NCBI RefSeq assembly: GCF_006345805.1
Contig: NC_043015.1
Span: 14,198,001 to 14,262,000 of the forward strand
DNA from: Octopus sinensis
Lineage: Eukaryota
Length of the DNA stretch: 64,000 nt
Reading direction: 5' to 3'
Shown here: one piece after another, positions 12,941 through 24,588 of the stretch
How positions within the stretch are numbered: position 1 is the first letter of the stretch
Layout of the letters: the number at the start of each line of letters is the position of its first letter
The notes under the pieces: generated by a model
The model's input: the letters and a program-made list of their open reading frames with translations, nothing else
Database searches by the model: none
Told to the model about the DNA's origin: nothing
Program-made: the position numbers and the translations under genes

Positions 12941-13085
12941 GAGTCTTGTATTCGTGTCCTGCTTTTCCGTGGTGCTAACAAAGTCATTGTAAATCTAAAC
13001 AATCAAACACCATATGAGGCTGCTATTATTGCCGGTAACTTAGATCTTGCTGAAATTATCAAAGGATACAGTTCTGCTGATATAG
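12941..13085 (+). CDS. Shank: Shank exon, last ankyrin repeats
   Basis: ttgcag|GAG...ATA G|gttagt; 145 nt, phase 0/1; ESCIRVLLFRGANKVIVNLNNQTPYEAAIIAGNLDLAEIIKGYSSADI. Confidence 0.97.
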
Positions 13086-13418
13086 GTTAGTGTTTTATTA
13101 TTGACAAGTTTTAATAAATGTTTAAATGTAATTTACTTAATTTTCCAGCTTGCATTGTATCTGTATTGTTATGAAACATGCGTAACTTAACAATAGACTT
13201 ATAAACATCGCAGTGCGGTTAAAGAAAAGAAAACCCATTTTCAATCATATTGTCTCTCGTTTACCTTGGGTAAATGTCTTCTCGCACAGTGTCACATTAA
13301 TCAAAGTCTTGTAAGTGGAATTAAGCAAACAGAAGTTGTGTGGATCACCATCAGAAGTACTTTTGCCTGTGCATATGCCCATATATATGAATATTATATA
13401 TTTCGGTGGGGGGAAGGG

Positions 13419-13890
13419 GGGGACTATGTGGTTATAAGTTTGCTTTACAACCACATAGTTCTGGGTTCAGTCCCATTGTGTGGTACCTTGGGCAAGTGTT
13501 TCTACTATAACTTCTGGCTGACCAAAGCCTTGTGAATGGATTTTGTAGATTGAAACTGAAAGAAGCCTGCTGTGTATACATATGTGTGGATGTGTGCGTG
13601 TGTGTGTGTGCATGCACGCACGCATATGTTTGTGTGTATATATGTGTGTGTGTATGTGTGTTTGTATCTTTGTGCATGTGTTTGTCCCTCAACACTGCTT
13701 GATAACCAGTGTTGGTGTGTTTATGTCCTCATAACTTAGCAGTTCAGCAAAACAGAACAACAGAATAAGTACCGGCCTTTACAAGAAAAAGTAATATGTA
13801 CTGAGGTCAATAAATTTGACTAAAAGTCTTCAAGGTGGTGCCCTAGCATGGCCACAGTTTAATCACAGAAAGAAGTAAAAGATAAAAGAC
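13419..13890 (+). mobile_element. SINE family A, diverged
   Basis: head, CORE-like block, TG microsatellite and tail recognisable. Confidence 0.8.
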
Positions 13891-14465
13891 AAAAAATATG
13901 CTGTTAAGGGACAGCAGAATTGAAGTATTGAATAAAGATACCTTAGTGGCATTTGGTCCTCTACGAAGGACTTCCCATTATGCTTAGATTAACTTTGTCA
14001 TTTTCCCTTATCAGATTGATAAAATAATTCAAGGCAAAGTGACCAAAACTCTTGAAGGCACACCATCAGCTGTAGCCCCCTCCCCCTTAAGCCCTTCAAA
14101 CCATGGGGCTGCTAGTCAGTCCCAACCCCCTATTCTAGGAAGTCACTTAATGTTGGGTATCACGTGATCATACAGTTACCATATGTATCATAAGACTTGA
14201 ACTACCCTCTCTTCATCATGTGGGATTTGTACCTTGTGCACCATATATCTGGACTTTGCCACCTTGAGCTGCTCAGCACAAACCCTCACCCTCATTAAGC
14301 CACTGGTATCATTGTTAAGGATGTCCTGACCTGCTGGATGAACCCAGTCATCTTGATAATGTCTGACCACTGAGAATGTCTCAGATGACACATTCCCACC
14401 AAAGACATCTCAACCTTAAACAAGAAGGATTTAGCCATGCTAAAAAGCTGATAAACTTCAAATGT

Positions 14466-14712
14466 AAACACACCAGCATCAGTTGTCAAGTGATGTTGGG
14501 GGGACAAACAGAGACACAAACATATACACACACATACATATATACACGACAGGCTTCTTTCAGTTTCCGTCTACCAAATCCACTCACAAGGCTTTGGTTA
14601 GCCCAAGGCTATAGTAGAAGACACTTGCCCAAGGTGCCACGCAGTGGGACTGAACCCGGAACCATATGGTTCATAAGCAAGCTACTTACCACACAGCCAC
14701 TCCTACACCTAT
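14466..14712 (-). mobile_element. SINE family A, 5' two-thirds
   Basis: reverse complement of 7476 head and body. Confidence 0.85.
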
Positions 14713-14728
14713 GGGTGTATAAATCTAG

Positions 14729-15018
14729 TTAATCTGGTCAACAGAACAACCTGCTTGTGAAATTAATGTGCATGTGGCCAAACACTCCACAGACACATGT
14801 ACCCTTAACGTAGTTCTCAAGGAGATTCAACATTTCACAGAATGTGACAAGGTTGGCCCTTTGAAATACAGGTACAATTCATTTTTGCCAGCTGAGTGGA
14901 CTGGAGCAATGTGAAATAAAGTGTATTGCTCAAGGACACAGTGCGTCACCTGGAATTGAACTCATGGCCTTGCAATCATGAATTGAATACCCTAACCACT
15001 AAGCCATACACATTCACA
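14729..15018 (-). mobile_element. SINE family B
   Basis: matches 18142-18470. Confidence 0.8.
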
Positions 15019-15025
15019 TGTGTAT

Positions 15026-15160
15026 ACCAAATTCACTCACAAGACATTGGTCAGCCCAAGGCTATAGTTGAAGACATTTGCCCAAGGGGTTGCACTATGG
15101 GACTGAACCCAAAATCATGGCTGCAAAGCAAGCTTCTTAACCAAACAGCCATACCTGCAC
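15026..15160 (-). mobile_element. SINE family A head fragment
   Basis: reverse-complement head ending ~50 nt upstream of the exon 15212 acceptor. Confidence 0.75.
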
Positions 15161-15211
15161 TTAACAATTTTACATTTATTTTATTTCTATTTTGTTTTCT
15201 TTTTTTACTAG

Positions 15212-15454
15212 TTCCTTTTCGAGAATTGCCTCAATATAGCAGTCGCAGGACAATCAAGTATTCAACAAACTTTCGATTGAGTAAATGCCGCAGCGAAACT
15301 CGTCTCAACTTGAGTATGATGGATAGCAATTTCTTTAAGCCTGATGGAAGTTTCCACCGTTACAGTATGAGCTCTGATTGCTATTCAGTCACCAATTCTG
15401 ATTCTCCTCGTTCTATAAGCTCATCAAGTACTTATTCAGGACATATCAATGGAG
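15212..15454 (+). CDS. Shank: Shank exon, post-ANK Ser-rich linker
   Basis: ttttttactag|TT CCT...GGA G|gtatga; 243 nt, phase 1/1; VPFRELPQYSSRR (cf. Shank VPFRETPxYxxRRR) then a Ser-rich tract. Confidence 0.92.
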
Positions 15455-15925
15455 GTATGAAATTGTTTTTCTTTAATTAGTCACTTCACATCTTCAAAAT
15501 CATCATAAGTTACTAGAGATAAGAATTACAAGAAGATATATTTATAAGTAGGTACCATAAAATAGCACATATTTCACATTATAAACAGCAAAAACATTTC
15601 ATTTTTGTTTTCGATTTGCAAGATTCTTGATGTGCATTCAGGTGTTGTCACATATTTCATTGTTTCTCAGGAGAGTCATTCTGCCAACAAGCCAGAGGAT
15701 TGCACTGAGCTCCAATGTCTGCTTTGGCATGGTATCTACAACTGGTTGCCCTTCTTAATGCCAAGCACTTACAAAACAAGACCTCACTCAACTGAGTGGG
15801 GTATAATACTGATGGAATTGAAAGTATGACAAAGGGATGGGAACAGAAAGGGTGGATGAATAGGTAAAAGTGTAAGTGTGTGTAAGGAGTGTGACATGTA
15901 GGTATGTGAGTGTGCATTATATATA

Positions 15926-16803
15926 TATTTGGTCTGATCAATAAGTATCCGGACTGTTACCATAGTAACAAAACTAAAACATGCAGAGTGAAGCTGCTTG
16001 TCACAGATTGATCTTGTACTCTGCTGTGCATGCACACTAAGTTTTAACATTCTAGCTCACTTCCGTTGTTTACAGCAGTGCTTGGAAGGAATCATCACAT
16101 TGACCATGGCAGAGGAAGTTGAGCAGAGAATCTGCATCAAATTTTGCCAAAAGCTTGCCAATACCTGCTCAGAGGCCTATGTAAATTTTTCACAAAGTTT
16201 TTATCGTTCTCAACACAATCAAGCAGATCTTATGTGACTGAAACCCAAGTGTATTTTTGGTCAGCTGAAAGCAGTTTTGGCACAAACTTGGCAGACATAT
16301 GTCTCATACCCAAATCTTCAGTGATAACAGACTGAACTGTAATTAACCTGCACATCCTCTGATAACTCACAGATGATGATTTGACAATTTTCCCCCACAG
16401 CTGCATGCATATCTGTGATGTTTTTCTCAGTTCTGCTGGTTGTGGGTCTCCCAGAATGTTCATCAATATCGACATTTTTTCAGCCATCTTTGAAACATCT
16501 GAACCACTTGTAGACTTGTGTGTGACTCATACACTCCTCTCCATACACTTTCTGCAACTTTGCGCATGTTTCTGAGCAGGTATCACCATGACAACTTACT
16601 CTGCTATGATCAATGTGATGATCATGTGTTATACACCTTCCTTCCAAGCATTGTTGTAAACAGCAGAAGTGAGCTAGAACATTAAAACTTAGTGTGCATA
16701 CACAGCAGAGTTCAAGGTCAATCTCTGTTAAGTGGCTTCACTCAGCATGCTTTAGCTTCATTACTATGGCAACAGTCCGGATTCTTATTGATCGGACCTC
16801 GTA
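15926..16803. mobile_element. mariner derivative made of two 5' ends in inverted orientation
   Basis: ~170-bp inverted arms, TA ends; + arm encodes MAEEVEQRICIKFCQKL, - arm encodes VYGEECMSHTQVYKWF...HSGRP...EDLGMRHMSAKFVPKLL; no catalytic DD34D region. Confidence 0.85.
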
Positions 16804-16809
16804 CATATG

Positions 16810-17410
16810 AAATCATAGTCGAGGCCGATGCCAGTGCCATCTGGCTGACACCTGTGCTGGTGGCACATAAAATGCACCGTTTGAGCATTGGGCCTCATGG
16901 AGGCAGTGACATCAAACCAAGTGAGATCATAATCATGGCTGATGCCAGTGTCGCATAACTGGTATGCTAAAAGCATCCTTCAATTGTTGGGCAATATGCT
17001 GTGCTTGTGAAGACCTGTTGAACCAAGTGAAACTGTAGTTATGGCCAAGGCCAGTGCCATCTGACTAGCACCCATGCCGGTGGAATGTAAAAAGCACCAT
17101 TTGATCATTGGGTCTCATGGAGGCAGTGACAAGTGACCAAGACCCTTGGCAATATACCGTGCCTGTGCCGAAAGCAATGTGGTGGACAACGAAAAACCTG
17201 GCCCCCATATCTATGGCGTTCGCCGCTGGAATAAGGAGTGGTTGGCGATCATGTGGTCTTTAGCTTCAAATCGCCAGGTCTGGTCAGTGTTTGTAAGAGA
17301 TGCAGCATTGAGGATGAATGAAGCCAGCTCAACCCACCCTGGGTGAATACTGTCTGAAGACAAGAAAGAAGTGCCTGTGTAGACCTGTCAAGCCAAGTGA
17401 GACTGTAGTC
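16810..17410 (+). mobile_element. LINE 3'UTR-like fragment with internal repeats
   Basis: repeated ggtggcacataaaa(a)gcacc.tttgagc units shared with 38230-38600. Confidence 0.6.
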
Positions 17411-17606
17411 ATGATCTCACGAGCGTGAGTTCAACACTCTAACCAATAGGCCTGCACCCTCACATATGTGTGTGTGTATACATGTATACACACACACATC
17501 ATCATCATCATTTTTGTCATTGTTGTTTAATGTCCTTCTTTCCATTATGCCATGGGTTGTACAGAAAGGGTGGTGGGGAGGTAAAGCTGTGAAAGTGTGA
17601 CATCTA

Positions 17607-17975
17607 GCTGTGTGGTAAGAAGCTTGTATTCCCAACCACATGGTTCCAGGTTTGGTCCTAGTGCATGGCACCTTCGCTAAGTGTCTTCTACTATAGCCTC
17701 GGGATGATCAAAGCCTTGTGAGTGGACTTGATTGACAGAAACTGAAAGAAGCCCATCACGCGAGTGCATGTGTGTGTGTGTGTTTGTACCCCACAAATGC
17801 TTGACAACCAGTGTTGGTGTGTTTACATTCCCATAACTTAGCGGTTCAACAAAAGAGACTGATAGAATAAGTACCAGACTTAAGAAAAGAAAATACACTG
17901 GGGTTGATTCATTTGACTAAAAGTTCTTGAAGGTAGTGCCACAGCATGGCCACAGTCTAATGACTGAAACAGGTA
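17607..17975 (+). mobile_element. SINE family A
   Basis: head through tail ...gtctaatgactgaaacaggta. Confidence 0.8.
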
Positions 17976-18141
17976 TATATTTAGCTAAATGCTAAATTCA
18001 TGATCTTCTACTACTGACCCAATCTACCATAATTTTACTGCCATCTCCTATCATCTGCAATTAATTTGCATTTTACAAACCAAAAAAATGATATAAAGAA
18101 ACTCTAGCACAATTGTTTCTAAAGGTTAATCTGAAAATATA

Positions 18142-18470
18142 GTAGGAGCACTCCGTTGGTTACAACGACGAGGGTCCCAGCTGATACGATCAACAGAACA
18201 GCTTGCTCGTGGAATTAACGTGCAAGTGACTGAGCAATCCACAGACATGTGTACCCCTAACGTACTTCTCAGGGAGATTCAGCGTGACACAAAGTGTGAC
18301 AAGGCCGGCCCTTTGAAATACAGGTACAACTCATTTTTGCCAGCTGAGTGGACTGGAGCAACGTGAAATAAAGTGTCTTGCTCAAGGACACAACGCATCG
18401 CCGGGAATCGAACTCACTACCTTACAATCGTCAGTCGAATGCCCCAACCACTAAGCCACGAGCCTTCACT
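18142..18470 (-). mobile_element. tRNA-derived SINE family B, full length with 12-bp TSD
   Basis: TSD tctgaaaatata at 18130-18141 and 18471-18482; minus-strand head GTGGCTTAGTGG...GAGTTCGATTCC. Confidence 0.92.
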
Positions 18471-18595
18471 TCTGAAAATATATGCATATTTTCAATATTC
18501 TCTTTGGGCAAAACGCTAAGTTCATAATCTTTGCATTTCAAGAGAGATAACTCATCCCTAAATGAATTTGAAGTTTCCAAGTTGTTGGGTTAAAG

Positions 18596-18915
18596 CAGGG
18601 ATTCTCAACTGATTTTTACCTATGGATCCCTTTGATTACCATTTTATCATAGCCGTTCGATATTTAAAACTAATTTTATAGATACTTCTTTCAAAATTCC
18701 TTCTTTGTTTATGCATACATTAACTTGTGTAGGTTGAATTATGTAAAACATTAGAGAAAGAAACCTAGCTGTTTCTTGCAATACATACCAATATACACAT
18801 CTGAAGCAAATTTTTTTCAAGGGGGCCCTTAAAATACTATTGTGGATCCCTAATTTACTATTTTGCTAGCGTGGACCCTAAAAAATCCTATATGGTCCCC
18901 TGTTCAGAACCACTG
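18596..18915. mobile_element. hAT MITE with 8-bp TSD
   Basis: TIRs CAGGGATTCTCAAC / GTTCAGAACCACTG; exact TSD GGTTAAAG at 18588-18595 and 18916-18923. Confidence 0.9.
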
Positions 18916-19154
18916 GGTTAAAGTCATTAACTCACATTTGCTATCATTCTACAAAGTAAGATATTAAATAAAATCAGAAATCTATTGCTTTTGTATTAAG
19001 AACACTTCTACAAGTGATTTCAACACTTTTTTAAAATATATCAAGCTGTTGAAATCAAATCTAAGTCAATTTTGTCATTTTTATTCAAAAATACTTCACA
19101 TATATTACATTAATCTAACTGCCCCCACTTATAGCCTGTGAACAATTCTTTCAG

Positions 19155-19175
19155 ATTTAGGCTTGGATATAAAGG
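19155..19175 (+). CDS. Shank: candidate 21-nt frame-preserving Shank microexon (D)LGLDIK(G)
   Basis: attctttcag|AT TTA GGC TTG GAT ATA AAG G|gtgaga; phase 1/1 like both neighbours; CTAAC branch-like motif at 19115-19119; no transcript evidence. Confidence 0.5.
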
Positions 19176-19938
19176 GTGAGATTGGAAGTAGACTTCATTG
19201 GTTGCTGGTTTAATACCATTACTATTTGATTGCCTCTGGAAGATTTAGTTTTGTTGCAAGTATTTGGACCAGGTCTCTGGTTTGTGGTCTTACTTCAATT
19301 TCTTAGAAACACTGGAAAAAGTCATGGCACTTATCTTTCTTCCTGTGATTAATCTATTAAAAAAATAATTTTAAGAATATAGAATTCTATGTTATTTAAT
19401 AATATAGGTCAGAAAAGCTTTCTAGAATGATCGACTATTGCAAAGTGTTAATACAGTTTTAGCACAGACACCAGTTGTGTACCAAGAGTTTAGGTGATAA
19501 GAAAAAGAAATGTTAGGTTCCAACAAGGTCAAATTATGCTAGTGCAAGGCCTGAAATATATGTTACAAAGGGAGTCTTAAATGAAAACCAGAGCTCTTTT
19601 ATCAAATTATAATTAGCAGAATAAGGAAGGAGAACACAAACCAGTTACTATCAGTTTGCTGGTTGTGCTTTCTGCCAGAAAATTTTTATTGAAGTTGGGT
19701 ATTTTTTAATGAATCAAACTACATGTTTGAAAGATTAATACAGATAGATCAGTTATTGTGGAACTGGATATTGAATTAATTAATACAAGGTATCCACTAT
19801 TCATTATTTTACCTAAAGCTTCATATTTACTTGCTGGCTAATGTGTTCAAGATAATTAGAAGTTTAATCCTGGAAAACAACAGCTTAGATATAGTTAATT
19901 ATGTGGTAATATTAAATGGGTGGTTCTTTCTTCTACAG

Positions 19939-19967
19939 ATCTTGGTTTAGATGTAAATCAAACCTAA
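19939..19967 (+). CDS. Shank: candidate alternative terminal Shank exon (D)LGLDVNQT*
   Basis: ttctttcttctacag|AT CTT GGT TTA GAT GTA AAT CAA ACC TAA; phase-1 acceptor; same DLGLD peptide as 19155 via different codons; AATAAA at 20323-20328. Confidence 0.35.
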
Positions 19968-20082
19968 AAATACAGAGCTTAAATTGCTACAATATTACAA
20001 TGTAAATTGGATTTTCTGGTCTGACATTGAAAATGTAACGATGTGAAATTAAGCTTCTTCTATGTGTTATTGTTTTGCTTAA

Positions 20083-20299
20083 CTCTTTAACATTCAGATT
20101 ACTCCGTCAAATACGATGTTTGTTTATTCACATTATTTTGAATTAATTGTGCATTATCTCATAGCTTTGAGATTTGATGATTTGACTCTGTTTTCAGAAT
20201 GACATTTTAGGGTAGGTATTAGAGGCCAGATTTGGTCAGTTTGAATATAAAACTGGTAGAATATTTGGGCCAGATATGATCAGTTTAAATGCAAAAGGG
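20083..20299. mobile_element. piggyBac-type MITE
   Basis: TTAA|CTCTTTAACATT...AATGCAAAAGGG|TTAA; family copies at 30876 and 31819. Confidence 0.8.
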
Positions 20300-20889
20300 T
20301 TAAGATTCACATAACTATATGCAATAAAATATTTCTTGCCTATTTAAAAAAAAACTGATTTCACTGAATGAAGATAGTAAGTTTTGGGATGTCTATGGCA
20401 CATAAGAGATAATCTGATATAAGTAATAATCTGACTCATTCAACCACTATTATTTATGAGAAAAATGATAAAGTTCAGTGATTGTATGATGCCTTTAGTG
20501 CAGCATAATAGAGAAATAGAATGGCAACTCTATTAATTATATTAATTAGTATAGTTATATTTGCTAATGCCTCTCAATTTGATAATTATAATTTGTTTAA
20601 CATAAAGTATGTTGGATTGCAAATGCATTCTAAGTTGACTGCGAAACAGTATTGTAGTAATGAAACATTGAGCATGTATAATATATATTATATAGCATTA
20701 CTGTAATAAAGATTTTAGTAAATGTAGTATAATACTAGTTGTATAATATAGTATTATAGTATAGTATTGACGTATAATATCATACTAATATAGTGTTGTA
20801 TTATAATAATATACTATAATAGTAATATGCTATAATATAGTAATGTAACATTTAGGATGTTTAGTTTTGTTGAAATATAATATAGCATT

Positions 20890-21098
20890 ATATTAATTTC
20901 AAATTTTGGCTCAAGGCCAGCAATTTTGGGGGAGGGAATAAGTCAATTACTACGACCCAGCATTCAACTGGTACTTATTTTATTGAACCCCCAAAAGGAT
21001 GAAAGGTAAAGTGGGCCTCAGTGGAATTTGAACTTAGAACATGAAGAAGGATGAAATGCCGCTCGATGTGTTAACAATTCTACCAGCTCACTGCCTTA
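20890..21098 (-). mobile_element. SINE-like family D
   Basis: reverse complement of family D. Confidence 0.75.
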
Positions 21099-22454
21099 GT
21101 ATAGTTTTGTATTAATAAAAACGTTTAGCATGTACTGTTTTATAGTAATATAGTATAGTATAAAACATTTCTTAACAGAATTTGCTCCAGGCCCCATGAA
21201 AATGTGGGTTCTGATGTGTTTGCTAGTCTTGGTTGTTGTAAGTTAATTCAGTGCTGAATACTAAAAATAATTTTGAGTGGAAATGAAAGATGCTTAAATG
21301 TTCAGCAATATATTTTATTTTTAAAATTAGAACATAATGAGGCAAGAGTCATTAAAATGCATTTTTCTTATCCTTAATGTGAAAATGGAACTTTATATCA
21401 GTGAGTATCTAGAACATATTAACTGAGGTACTCCAGGATATCTTTACTGTAGAGTAATTTTCAGAAGATACAGTGAGTCAGTGGGTTGTAGTACAAGTTT
21501 GTTAGCAGGATGTTAATTGATTGTTCAGTAGTTCGTTAACAGAAAATATATTTACCCTAAGCAATGAAGCTAGTGGTAATCCATGCAAAATGCTTCATGA
21601 AAGAAAGACAAGAGTTGCCTCCCTTGTTCTTAATGAATGAATTTAGACACTTCCTTGAGAAAGTTTTATTGTATGGTTACTTGGATAATCTCGACAGGTC
21701 GAAGTTTTCAGGGCCCTGTATGTGTTGTGGTCGCACCATATTTATCAAAGTGATTCATTTGATATATTCTATCAATATACCATTGACGTACTACACTTAT
21801 TAAATTACTGTCGGTAATTATTCCATTCTGGAACTAATTCGCCAACACTACACCTGATTTTCTCCCCTCCATACACACACAAGCATGTATCTGACTCATA
21901 CATTGTTCGCTTTCCAGACATTTGTACATTACTGCATATACTCTATACGCACTTTCTGACAAGTTGTGGTGCACCTCAGCACTGTATACAATAATTTCAT
22001 TATTATTATATAATACTACTGATGGCTGCTGAGGAAGGTATAAAGTTATAAGATGTTCATTCACATCCATCACCTTGGCAACAATAAAGTTAAAAGATAT
22101 TAGTTATTGGAACCATTTGTAGAAAATCATCTTAAGAATGAGGAACCTATGAGTTGGTTCTAAACATTCTTTCATCTCTGGAAGCCAGTGGCCACATGCA
22201 GGACTCTCAAAATTTTATGTTCACTGAGAACCGGTCACAAACAAAGGGAGATGAGGACATGACTTTATGTACCAGCTGATAGAGTAGCCTCATGAAGTGT
22301 TACCCTTCAGGATAATTTGGAATTGGTTGTTGTTAGGCCTTTAACAGCAGTTTCATTGAAGTGGGAATTTCTTTTCAATATGTATATAGAAAAAGGGAAT
22401 ATTCTAAAGAATTCATTTTATCACACGTCAGATTAATGTAGCATTATTGCTTCT

Positions 22455-22670
22455 AAGATGGCAAGCTGGCAGGATTGTTCACATGATTGACAAAATGTTT
22501 CATTGCATATCTTCTTGCTCTTTACATTCAGAGTTCAAATTCCGCTGAAGTCAACTTCGTCTTAGGGTCCCTAAAATGAGTACCAGTTGAAGACTGGGGA
22601 TTGATGTAGTCAACTTACCCCTTCGCCTAAAATTGATGGCATTGTACCAAAATTTTAAACTATAATAATA
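22455..22670 (+). mobile_element. SINE-like family D
   Basis: ggcaagctggcagga...gagttcaaattccgc...gtaccaaaattttaaac. Confidence 0.7.
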
Positions 22671-22759
22671 TTAATTATAAATATATATATTGTAATCATC
22701 ATCATCATTTAATATCTGTGGTCCATAATACAGTTCTATATTTAAGAGATGCGGAATTA

Positions 22760-22946
22760 TGTATGTATATATATATATATATATGTATATATATGTATAT
22801 TTATATGTGTGTATGTATATTTATATGTGCATATATATAAGTATATATATGTATATTTATATGTGTGTATATATATGTATATTTATATGTGCATATATAT
22901 ATGTATATATATATTTATATGTGTATATATATATGTATGTATATAT
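22760..22946. repeat. compound (TA/TG) microsatellite
   Basis: direct inspection. Confidence 0.9.
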
Positions 22947-24225
22947 CACCCTTACCCTTGTAGCAGTTGACAATGGTGCTGATATGCCAGTCATTGGGTA
23001 TGACTCCATTATGAACTACCTGGTTTACAATGCGAGTGACTAGGCCATAGCCCACATAACCAGCTGATGCTTAAAACAGCTGGTTATGTGGGCTATGGCC
23101 TTGTCACCTGCATTGTAAACCAGGTAGTTCATAATGGAGTCATACCCAATGACTGGCGTAGCAGCACCATTGTCAACTGCTACAAGGGTAAGGAAGATGC
23201 TCTAGATAGAAATAACTACAAGGGTATTAAACTGTTGGATCAGGTGATGAAGGTCACAGAGAGGGTCATAACCCATCTCATTAGGGAGAGAATTTGCTTA
23301 GATGAGATGCAGTTTGGTTTTGTGCCGGGTAGAAGCACCACTGGTGCTATATTCCTGGTCCGACAACTGCAGGAGAAGTACCTAGCTAAAGATAAACCCC
23401 TCTACATAGCTTTTGTGGACTTGGAGAAAGCCTTTGACAGGGTCCCCCGATCCCTTATCTGGTGGTCGATGCGGAAACTGGAGATTGATGAATGGCTAAT
23501 AAGGGCTGTACAGGCCCTATACAGAGAGGCTGTCAGCAAGGTTAGGATTGGCAATGAATATAGTGAAGAATTCCGGGTAGAAGTAGGTGTACACCAAGGC
23601 TCAGCCCTCAGTCCCCTTTTATTCATCATAGTCCTCTAGGCAATAACAGAGGAATTCAAAACAGGTTGCCCCTGGGAGTTCCTCTATGCTGATGACCTGG
23701 CTCTCATAGCAGAATCACTACCGGAACTAGAAAAGAAATTTCGGGTGTGGAAGCAAGGGTTAGAATCAAAGGGCCTTAGAGTAAATGTAGCAAAGACCAA
23801 AGTTATAGTAAGCAGAAAGGCGAACTCAACACACACACACTCAGGCAGGTGGTCCTGCTCGATCTGTAGGAAAGGTGTAGGTAGAAACTCCATAAGATGT
23901 ACCCAGTGTAAGCTATGGATGCATAAGTGGTGCAGCAACATCAAAGGGAAATTAACTGATAAGATAGCTTTCATGTGCGGCAGATGCACAGGGATAATAG
24001 ACACCACAGATAGTCAGAAAACAGATTCACTCACACTCCAGGGGGAGAAACTAGAAGTAGTTGATAGTTTCCACTACTTGGGTGACCAAGTTAGTAGTGG
24101 AGGTGGATGCTCAGAGGGTGTCACCACTAGAATACGAATAGCCTGGGAAAAGTTTAGAAAGCTCCTACCCCTACTGGCAACAAAGGGTCTCTCGCTCAGA
24201 GTGAAAGGTAGATTGTATGATGCAC
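22945..24225 (+). mobile_element. RTE-clade LINE reverse transcriptase fragment with 5' fold-back duplication
   Basis: QFGFVPGRSTT, FVDLEKAFDRVPR, GVHQGSALSPLLF, LYADDL motifs; one in-frame stop (TAG at 23637-23639); 3'-truncated; 22950-23066 is an inverted copy of 23077-23193. Confidence 0.95.
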
Positions 24226-24491
24226 ATTAAAAACAAACAGTAATGGTTGTTAAGCCATAACAAGTTAAAGTGGTGAATGCTGGAGAAATTAGCTTTGGGA
24301 AGACAGGCAAAAGTAGATCTTGTCTTTAGGAAGGAAGTGGAAGGAAAGATAGATAGCTGTTGGTCACGTTTGAACAACGAGAGAGTCAAGGAGGAAGAGT
24401 GAGAGAGAGATAGGGAGACAGTGAAGGAGAGAGAAGAAGAATTAGAGAAAGGGTGGGAGAGAAAAACAGAAAGGAAGAAGAACAGGGGAGG

Positions 24492-24588
24492 GAGATAGAA
24501 TAGAGATAGGTTGTAGAGTGCAAATAGAGATAGAATAGAGATAGGTTGTAGAGTGCAAATAGAGATAGAATAGAGATAGGTTGTAGAG
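24492..24588. repeat. 35-bp tandem repeat, ~2.8 copies
   Basis: unit gagatagaatagagataggttgtagagtgcaaata. Confidence 0.9.

Noticed and set aside
21564-22073. Short ORFs on both strands
   Set aside because: No recognisable domain and no compatible splice sites.
22749-23043. Tyr/Ile/Val-rich ORFs
   Set aside because: TA/TG microsatellite translation.
23067-24230. Functional reverse transcriptase gene
   Set aside because: In-frame stop before the YADD motif, no endonuclease and no 3' end; a dead fragment. All mariner and PLE ORFs here are likewise disrupted.
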